Positions 59,501 to 64,000 of a stretch of DNA of 64,000 bases are shown in pieces (position 1 is the stretch's first letter; every line of letters begins with the position of its first letter). A program made the translations under genes and the position numbers. Origin of the DNA: Zootoca vivipara (taxonomy: Eukaryota); NCBI RefSeq assembly GCF_963506605.1, contig NC_083278.1, forward strand, positions 63,860,001-63,924,000, given 5' to 3'. The notes beneath the pieces are model-generated. The model had not been told where the DNA came from. It made no database searches and saw nothing but the letters and a program-made list of their open reading frames with translations.

Positions 59501-60408
59501 GAGCAGAAGACTGGTTGCACTCAACATACAGTAATGTGGAACTCTCAGATTTCTCTCCCTGGTCGGAAGTCTCACACCTGAAGGGCAGAAGCTCCCCTTC
59601 GGAAATGAGCGCAAAGCAGAGACAGTTGCCAGCGGCCTGCTCAGTGCCTTCCCTTCAGACTCCTCTTCGCCCGCACATTCCTGCACAAAGGTGGAGCGCA
59701 ATTATAAGTCAGCCTAACAAAGAGAACTTGCACCACAGTCAGGTTTTTAACTCTTTAGGAAGACGGGAAAACAATGCAAAGTCACAGATATATAGCAGGT
59801 CACAATCATCTTCCTCTATTGTGGCCAGCAAGTCTGGGGATTCAATAAATTATCCACATGAAATGGACAAGAAGCAGCTGCATTCAGACAGGAACTTTCT
59901 CTCTGAACACTATAAAGAATGTGTGCCAGGTGCCACCCCAGGACTTGCAGCATGTGATGGAGCAAAGCAGAGCCTTGAGAATTGCTCCAAAATGATTCTG
60001 CAGGATTCTCAAAAAATTCTTAGAGTTAACAGAAACTTGCTCTCAAATGCACAAATAGCTACCCAGAACTATTTTTCTAACTTCAAAGACACTGATGATG
60101 GAGAAGGGGATGATGATGACTACGTTGAAATAAAATCTGAAGATGAGGGCTCCGATTTAGAGTGTTTCTACAACCAAACAAAACTCTCGGATCCAAACAT
60201 AAATGTACATTGCGCTGCTTCAGAAACTTGTAGTGACAAAAATATGCCCCTGACTCCTGCTAAGGCATCAGACTCTTTCCTGGCCACATGTAGTGATTCA
60301 GATAAATTGAATGATTACCTATGGAGGGTACCATCTCCTAATCAGCAGAACATTGTCCAGTCCTTAAGGGAAAAATTTCAGTGTCTTAGCTCAAGCAGCT
60401 TTGCTTGA
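19204..60408 (+). CDS. PLEKHG1: PLEKHG1 (pleckstrin homology and RhoGEF domain containing G1), whole spliced CDS span, 17 coding exons, about 1507 aa
   Basis: Exons with GT-AG boundaries and consistent phases translate to [12 protein letters not shown]..., a DH domain ([19 protein letters not shown] ... [11 protein letters not shown]), a PH domain and the C-terminus [20 protein letters not shown], matching my recollection of vertebrate PLEKHG1. Confidence 0.95.
21561..21890 (+). mobile_element. Sauria SINE, slightly 5' truncated
   Basis: Family sequence; TSD CTATATTTT on both sides. Confidence 0.9.
22963..23335. mobile_element. GC-rich hAT MITE with internal palindrome
   Basis: CAGGGGTTCACAGACT...AGTCTGGGGACCCCTG; perfect TSD CTCTAGCA. 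Confidence 0.87.
24235..24272. repeat. (AC)n microsatellite
   Basis: Direct. Confidence 0.98.
25453..25683. mobile_element. Tc1/mariner (pogo/Tigger-like) MITE
   Basis: TA|CAGTCATACCTC...GAGGTATTACTG|TA. Confidence 0.8.
25767..26520 (-). mobile_element. CR1 LINE 3' fragment
   Basis: [33 protein letters not shown]; CR1 3' end TTCCAACTCTACAATTCTGTGA on minus strand; homologous to 15896-16712. Confidence 0.88.
26691..26865. mobile_element. Penelope-like terminal fragment in inverted (fold-back) arrangement
   Basis: Same family as 39238-39325; about 63-bp inverted arms; flanking 16-bp direct repeat ACTTTATTTG(T/C)AAGTT. Confidence 0.65.
29707..29748. repeat. (GT)n microsatellite
   Basis: Direct. 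Confidence 0.98.
31758..31858 (+). CDS. PLEKHG1: PLEKHG1 coding exon 2 (DH domain)
   Basis: ttcatag|GAT TAC CTT GAT TGT... [33 protein letters not shown]; donor AG|gtgagt; 101 nt. Confidence 0.95.
32109..32469 (+). mobile_element. BovB (RTE clade) LINE 3' fragment
   Basis: Encodes [47 protein letters not shown]...[17 protein letters not shown]; (CAA)n tail; TSD ATGCATGGGTA. Confidence 0.92.
32614..33224 (-). mobile_element. Solo LTR (Gypsy/ERV-like)
   Basis: TGTCA...TGACA termini, 5-bp TSD ATAAG; GGGATAAAAG TATA-like motif on minus strand suggests the orientation. Confidence 0.8.
32764..32953. repeat. 38-bp minisatellite, 5 copies, inside the solo LTR
   Basis: Unit CAAGACGTCGGCAAGGCAAGGGTCCACGGAGCAAGGAT starting at 32764, 32802, 32840, 32878, 32916. 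Confidence 0.95.
33365..33633. mobile_element. GC-rich hAT MITE
   Basis: CAGGGTCGGCC...GACGGCCCTG; perfect TSD AACACTAC. Confidence 0.8.
34917..35056. mobile_element. GC-rich hAT MITE, inverted relative of 17753-17915, one TIR lost
   Basis: Reverse-complement homology to 17753-17915; TSD TCCACAGT. Confidence 0.75.
35889..36092. mobile_element. GC-rich hAT MITE
   Basis: Imperfect TIR CAGGGGCAGAGGAAG / CTTCCTCCACCACTG; perfect TSD TGGAGGCG. Confidence 0.75.
36433..36571. other. Assembly gap (139 N)
   Basis: Run of N. Confidence 0.99.
36572..36587 (+). CDS. PLEKHG1: PLEKHG1 coding exon 3, visible 3' end only (remainder inside N gap 36433-36571)
   Basis: A TGT TTT GTT TCT AAG|gtgagt = CFVSK plus donor, the expected end of the ...AIAECFVSK exon. 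Confidence 0.85.
37590..37960 (+). mobile_element. Sauria SINE (variant subfamily with small internal duplications)
   Basis: Family head and body; duplicated CCCGTTACTCTGTCCCAGCT and duplicated tail TTTGACTGGGGTCC. Confidence 0.85.
37966..38040 (-). mobile_element. BovB extreme 3' end
   Basis: Reverse complement of the 3' end of 32109-32469, including the (CAA)n tail. Confidence 0.85.
38045..38640 (+). mobile_element. Non-autonomous Helitron (rolling-circle transposon)
   Basis: 5' TCCTATATAATAAA, 3' CTAG, inserted between A and T with no TSD, subterminal hairpin CCCGTTT-ATT-AAACGGG at 38610-38626. Confidence 0.85.
38233..38600. repeat. GC-rich ~118-bp tandem repeat, about 3 copies, inside the Helitron
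   Basis: Units start GAGGCC.AATC.CGGCCTTCTCCTGGGCGCCCGC at 38233, 38351, 38469. Confidence 0.9.
39238..39325 (+). mobile_element. Penelope-like element terminal fragment with hammerhead ribozyme motif
   Basis: CTGAAGA-A-GTGTG-CATG-CACAC-GAAA-GCTC-ATA; flanking direct repeat ATAAATGTTTTCA. Confidence 0.7.
40840..41219. mobile_element. hAT MITE with internal AAAAGCTCAACAACTTT subrepeats
   Basis: CAGGCATGTCCAAC...GTTGGCCACCCCTG; perfect TSD AAATAGAC. Confidence 0.85.
41757..41803 (+). CDS. PLEKHG1: PLEKHG1 coding exon 4 (DH)
   Basis: attcag|AGT GAA GAG... [15 protein letters not shown]; AG|gtagga; 47 nt. Confidence 0.95.
42292..42442 (+). CDS. PLEKHG1: PLEKHG1 coding exon 5 (DH)
   Basis: tttacag|G TCA GTG... 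[50 protein letters not shown]; CAC|gtacgt; 151 nt. Confidence 0.95.
43264..43598. mobile_element. Tc1/mariner (pogo/Tigger-like) MITE with internal duplication
   Basis: TA|CAGTGGAACCTCGGTTTATGAAC...GTTCATAAACCGAGGTACCACTG|TA; about 105 bp repeated at 43318 and 43467. Confidence 0.87.
43686..44023 (+). mobile_element. Sauria SINE, 5' truncated
   Basis: Family sequence; TSD TACTATAACGC at 43675-43685 and 44024-44034. Confidence 0.9.
44604..44735 (+). CDS. PLEKHG1: PLEKHG1 coding exon 6 (end of DH)
   Basis: ttctag|GAG ATA GAA... [44 protein letters not shown]; CAG|gtgggt; 132 nt. Confidence 0.95.
46392..46574 (+). CDS. PLEKHG1: PLEKHG1 coding exon 7 (PH domain)
   Basis: tttttag|GAG ATA CAA... 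[61 protein letters not shown]; TTG|gtaggt; 183 nt. Confidence 0.95.
46728..46823 (+). CDS. PLEKHG1: PLEKHG1 coding exon 8 (PH)
   Basis: ttgcag|TGT GGC AAT... [32 protein letters not shown]; CAG|gtattt; 96 nt. Confidence 0.95.
47306..47392 (+). CDS. PLEKHG1: PLEKHG1 coding exon 9 (end of PH)
   Basis: aacag|GCC AAA TCA... [29 protein letters not shown]; AAG|gtaaaa; 87 nt. Confidence 0.95.
47418..47501. repeat. Compound (TATG)n(TTG)n microsatellite, probably the tail of an adjacent minus-strand L2-like fragment
   Basis: Direct; followed by TATACCGC...TCTCAGGGCAGTTCACA similar to the 6550-6903 tail region. Confidence 0.9.
47971..48004 (+). CDS. PLEKHG1: PLEKHG1 coding exon 10
   Basis: ttttcag|GCC AAG CAA GCA ATT CTT GAA ATG GAT GCT ATC T|gtaagt = [11 protein letters not shown]; 34 nt. 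Confidence 0.93.
48825..49005 (+). mobile_element. RTE/BovB-like 5' region fragment
   Basis: ATGGATCACTACCTTGTCGTGG...GATCCACCTGGAGAAGGAACTGG.AAACCACTCCAGTAT resembles the BovB/RTE 5' UTR as I recall it. Confidence 0.6.
49169..49793 (+). mobile_element. BovB (RTE clade) LINE 3' fragment, open reading frame retained
   Basis: [34 protein letters not shown]...[22 protein letters not shown]...; (CAA)n tail; 13-bp TSD ATGTTGGTAGCCA. Confidence 0.93.
50384..50519. mobile_element. Short palindromic hAT MITE (URR1-like)
   Basis: CAGGCATAGGCAAACT...AGTTTGCCTATGCCTG; TSD CTGCAGCC/CTCCAGCC. Confidence 0.85.
50693..50788 (+). CDS. PLEKHG1: PLEKHG1 coding exon 11
   Basis: tttatag|AT CAC CCA... (Y)[31 protein letters not shown]; G|gtaata; 96 nt. 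Confidence 0.92.
50935..51072. mobile_element. Short hAT MITE (URR1-like), diverged
   Basis: CTCCAGATGTT...ACTACAACACCCATCAT...TGGGAGTTG...TCTCCATCCCTG. Confidence 0.65.
51206..51565 (-). mobile_element. Sauria SINE
   Basis: Full-length reverse copy; TSD TGTTGTTGGTT on both sides. Confidence 0.9.
51672..51710 (+). CDS. PLEKHG1: PLEKHG1 coding exon 12
   Basis: cccgcag|AA CCT TCA TCC AGA... (E)[12 protein letters not shown]; G|gtgagt; 39 nt. Confidence 0.9.
52180..52202 (+). CDS. PLEKHG1: PLEKHG1 coding micro-exon 13
   Basis: tttcag|AA ATG GAT CCA GAC ATG AAA AAG|gtaagc = (E)MDPDMKK; 23 nt, restores phase 0. Confidence 0.85.
52731..52860. mobile_element. Short hAT MITE (URR1-like), diverged
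   Basis: TCCAGATGTTGTTGGACTACAACTCCCAGCAT...CCAACAACATCTGGA. Confidence 0.6.
53185..53370 (+). CDS. PLEKHG1: PLEKHG1 probable coding exon 14 (acidic, possibly alternative)
   Basis: ttttccctccaag|CGG ATC AGT... [21 protein letters not shown]...[13 protein letters not shown]; CAG|gtagcc; 186 nt, phase 0-0, open frame. Confidence 0.75.
54101..54217 (+). CDS. PLEKHG1: PLEKHG1 probable coding exon 15 (basic, possibly alternative)
   Basis: ttttctgcag|ACC ACA CAA... [39 protein letters not shown]; CAG|gtacag; 117 nt, phase 0-0. Confidence 0.75.
54735..56835 (-). mobile_element. 2.1-kb non-autonomous L1-like (HAL1-like) retroposon
   Basis: 15-bp TSD GAGACTTCAACTTCA (54720-54734 and 56836-56850); minus-strand AATAAA plus poly(A); CpG-rich 5' end beginning GAGACTTCCGGTT; no RT or EN motifs seen. 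Confidence 0.8.
56942..58631 (+). CDS. PLEKHG1: PLEKHG1 large coding exon 16
   Basis: cttcatag|AAT GCA AAG...; in frame with ORF 57056-58657 ([72 protein letters not shown]); G|gtatgc; 1690 nt. Confidence 0.93.
58836..59126 (-). mobile_element. Sauria SINE, 5' truncated
   Basis: Reverse copy in the last intron; near-perfect TSD TGTATA(T/G)TAGTAA. Confidence 0.85.
59357..60408 (+). CDS. PLEKHG1: PLEKHG1 last coding exon 17
   Basis: ctttag|GT GCC AGA ATT... (G)[17 protein letters not shown] ... [38 protein letters not shown]. Confidence 0.95.
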
Positions 60409-63400
60409 TTTTTTTTTATTCCTAACATTATGCCTTAATGCTGACAAAGTTATAATAGGGCTGCCTGTACTGGTAGTGTACATTGTAGTGTGTATATTTT
60501 AACTATCATGTAGTGAGAAATTCAAAGTGACTAGTTTTGCACTGTCAAGTTATTGACTGGCTCTACGTCGCAGGCAGATTTCTGGCTAGCTTTTCCTTGC
60601 ATCCATTCTTAACAGTGTCCCCTATGCTGAAATCATGGCAATGATTTTATGAGAGCCAGTCATGTAGGCCAGAATTCTGATTTTGTTCTAGGAATGGCAT
60701 TAATGCTTAAAAGCCGGGAGGCGGGGGGACTGGCTTATTATGTGAAATGTGCAGTGAAATATAAAGAAAGAGTACTCTCAGGTTTACTTGCTTAAAGGAC
60801 TGCACATATATTTTCATCAAGTGAGGTATGAAATACTGTGATTGGACTGAAGCTTATTGTTGTATTGTCACTTAACTCCAATAGCATTAAGATTCCCTCC
60901 TTACGTTTCCGCAGCCCACTTTTCCAAGTAGGTTTGATAAATAAAATGTGCACTTGTGGTACAGACCAAAATGGAATCTGGGGGATCAAGCAGGAAAGCA
61001 CCTTTCTTCAATTGAAGCCTGCAGGGTAGCTGGAACTCCCTGCTTTGGAAACAATTTCCTGACACTGGTAATTCAAACCTATACATTACTGAAAACAAAC
61101 TAGAGATGGTTCAGGCCCATTTAGCTTAAAGGAATCCCCCTCCCCCATTTGTTTTAAGTTGGTATCCTTTTATTTCAATACACTACATTCCTTTTTTTTC
61201 CTTTTGAGATCATGTTGTCTCCCTTTTATCACATGAAAGTAGTAAGTACTGTAGCCCTAAGCAGGTGTTTAGTACCCATAAATGCCAAACATAGGAAGGA
61301 ACACTGAGATACCACAAGCCGTTATCACCATCTAAATACTGACACACATGCTGGCCATGTCTTGGCATCCATCTGAATAGGTCCATCTGTATGCAGGTAT
61401 GGCTCCCTCCCATAGCTGCCAAGTTATCCCCTTTTTAAGGGATTTTCCCTTGTGCTGAATAGGCTTCCTCGCGAGAAAAGGGAAAACTTGGCAGCTATGC
61501 TCCCTCCACAGAGCTGATTGATAGCTGTTCCTGGGGCAGGAGCTGTTCACTTGCACATCCATGCTCACATAGCCCAACCTATTAGGCTGATGCTTATCAC
61601 ACATGGGCTGGGAGAACATGAAAGGCACCCATGTCTGTACTTTCTCAATAACCCCTTCACAGATTTAGTACGAGCAGGTACCAAATACCTGAACAGAGTT
61701 GACTCTTACTGTTTATGCTGCTGTGTATTATTAGTCTGTCGTCTTATTTTTTGCATAGCTTTAGCCTGGAAGCAGTAGCATTTTTACTTGAAAAGAAATG
61801 TGTGCAAACACTCAATGCTTAACCAGTTTTCAGATGAAGGACATATAACAGTGATATAAATGAAATTGAAATGCATTTTGCCAAGGATGGGAGTTCTCTC
61901 TTTTCCACTTAAAAGCACTCTACTTTGCTCTAGCACAAGGCCCAGTAGCCCTCATACATTTTAAAATTTCAACAAGTTGCTTTTACAGGCATTTTTTTTT
62001 TTTGACAAAATCCTGCAAGTGATGAGTGTATATTCCATTCTACCAAAAACAGATATTGAAAGCTTTGTGGTTTCTGAATTTATCTGAACTTCATGCAACA
62101 AATGCTTTTTAATTTTTGAAATACTACTTCAAGAATGTTGGGGTTTTATTTCTGGTTTACCACGATCTCAAAATTTATTATACGTACACAAGTTTGTCCC
62201 GCTTTCATAGAAGAGCTGACTGCAATTCAACCTATGTCTAGAAAAATAGATTATGACTAATGTAAGTAAACATTAAATTAGCAAACTTCAATTTTTATTT
62301 AATTAAAATGTAAAATAATGTAAATAGTAAAAGAAATTAATTTGAGTGCATTAAAAATAGGCACATTTAGGTTCCTTTGTAACGACAGAGGAATTCTGTT
62401 AATCTGATAAAATAATGAGATATATGCTCAATGAAACACATAGCTTTGTAAGAAACAAACAATAATATGTTTGGGGTACTTTTTACATTGCTGGCAGAAA
62501 AAACAAACAGCTGAATTCACAATTAGTTGAGCCCTGGAAAATGTTTCCATGAAAACAAGGGCAATACTGGTTTTCAATTCTCAAATGAGCTGCCAACCTA
62601 GTACAGTATCTAGTTCATGCTTTGTAGGGAGCTTGACTTACGCTGTCTAACATCTTCAATTGCCATTTCCCCAAAAATACCAGTTAGAAAGAAAACTACT
62701 CCCAACAAAAAAAGCAAATCTAGATTTTATAAATACTACAGTTCCTCATGCAAAACTTATGTAGCCAAAGTAGCAAAAGAATACCATTGTTAACGTGGTT
62801 TGAACTTGGTAAATGAACAGTTGGAAAGACCATGCATTTTTTTTCCTGGTCACTAATATATATTCCTTCATATTGTAACATGGAAGGTTAAATTCACTTT
62901 GTTGCCCAGCCTTCTCAAATGAGAAAATTAAATATATATGTTTTCTGCAGCCTCAGGACAATACAAATGTGAATGGAATCAAAAGCAGCTGTTTATTGGT
63001 ACACAAAAGGCGAGTTCAGTTGAGGGTCTTCTTCAAGACCACCACCCACATTGTCGGTTAGTTTTACCGTCTGAACTCATTACTTCATTCATGGCAGTGG
63101 CTAGCACAGAAGTGTAATGTGAGGGCACAGTAGGGAAATAGCAGCCATTACTAAAGCTGGAACAATAGAGCCAGAGAATTAAGGATGCAGCAGAGGAGTC
63201 AATATGACATGTGCTGCAAACTAGATAGGTCATGGCACACTCATCACATTTTAGGTAGATTTTTCTTTTGAAGAGTCGTACCTCTCTTTTGCAACTTTTT
63301 GTATCGAACATTTGAAAGGAGGTGTATAATTTTTAACCATGTAACATTGTTTGTAAAATACTCTGGTTTTAATGTATTTCTGTATTATTTGCAAATGTAT

Positions 63401-63720
63401 CAGCATGATTCTACTGAACAGGGTTCAAAATGAAGTCATTCTGGATGGATTCACACTGCATATTTCCTAATTTCTGCAAATCATTTGTTAGCATTTTATT
63501 CTACTGGTTAGAGACAACCTCTACATTGCACTTTTTCATGTAAGGAGTCTTTTTTTAAGAAAGATGTAAAAAAAAAATATGTACATGTAGAATATTCTTA
63601 AGTAAAGCTTTTTCTCATTTTGTTATGCTTAAAAGCGGAGTTTAAAGCATGCCAAACCTGAAAATATGTAAGTAATAGCTGCCTAGGGGAAAAAATAAAT
63701 ACTATTTGCAGCAAAATTGA
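60409..63720 (+). other. PLEKHG1: Probable long 3' UTR of PLEKHG1 (3' end uncertain)
   Basis: About 3.3 kb of AT-rich sequence with no recognisable TE after the stop codon, unlike the TE-dense introns; AATAAA at 63694-63699 (AGTAAA at 63601 is an alternative). Confidence 0.55.
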
Positions 63721-63867
63721 AAAAGAAAATGTAGTCTGTTTTGTTAATTAAATGTTTCACACTGTGCAGTGTACCAAAGGGGATTCACCCCTTTGCAACT
63801 TTTGCCACTGTACTTGGCTTTTATCATTTACTGAATCAGCTGGGAAGGGCCAGCATTGATGAACATA

Positions 63868-64000
63868 CAGTGGTACCTCTACTTACAAATTTAATGCGTT
63901 CCGAACGCATATTCATAAGTAAAAAAAAATTGTAAGTCAAATCCCATAGGAATGCATGGGAGAAAAAATTCGTAAGTCGAAGCAACCCTATCTAAAAATT
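63868..64000. mobile_element. Tc1/mariner (Tigger-like) MITE, cut by window end
   Basis: TA|CAGTGGTACCTC terminus as in 43264-43598. Confidence 0.7.

Overview
Eukaryotic (vertebrate) genomic DNA, very likely from a lacertid-type lizard: it carries Sauria SINEs, BovB, CR1, L2, Penelope-like fragments and many hAT/mariner MITEs. The window holds essentially the whole coding region of one + strand gene, PLEKHG1 (DH-PH Rho guanine-nucleotide exchange factor). There are 17 coding exons from ATG 19204 to stop 60408 (about 1507 aa by my splice model), one of them mostly hidden in a 139-N assembly gap, followed by a long TE-poor 3' UTR. The introns are densely packed with mobile DNA. The most notable items are: a complete non-autonomous Helitron with an internal 118-bp minisatellite (38045-38640); a Penelope-like fragment carrying a minimal hammerhead ribozyme core in the sense strand of an intron (39238-39325); a 2.1-kb poly(A)-tailed retroposon with an intact CpG-rich 5' end but no RT, sitting about 100 bp from the largest exon (54735-56835); a solo LTR with a 38-bp tandem array; two extra in-frame exons; and a candidate in-frame alternative donor. 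Family names and comparisons to human PLEKHG1 come from my recall, not from database searches.
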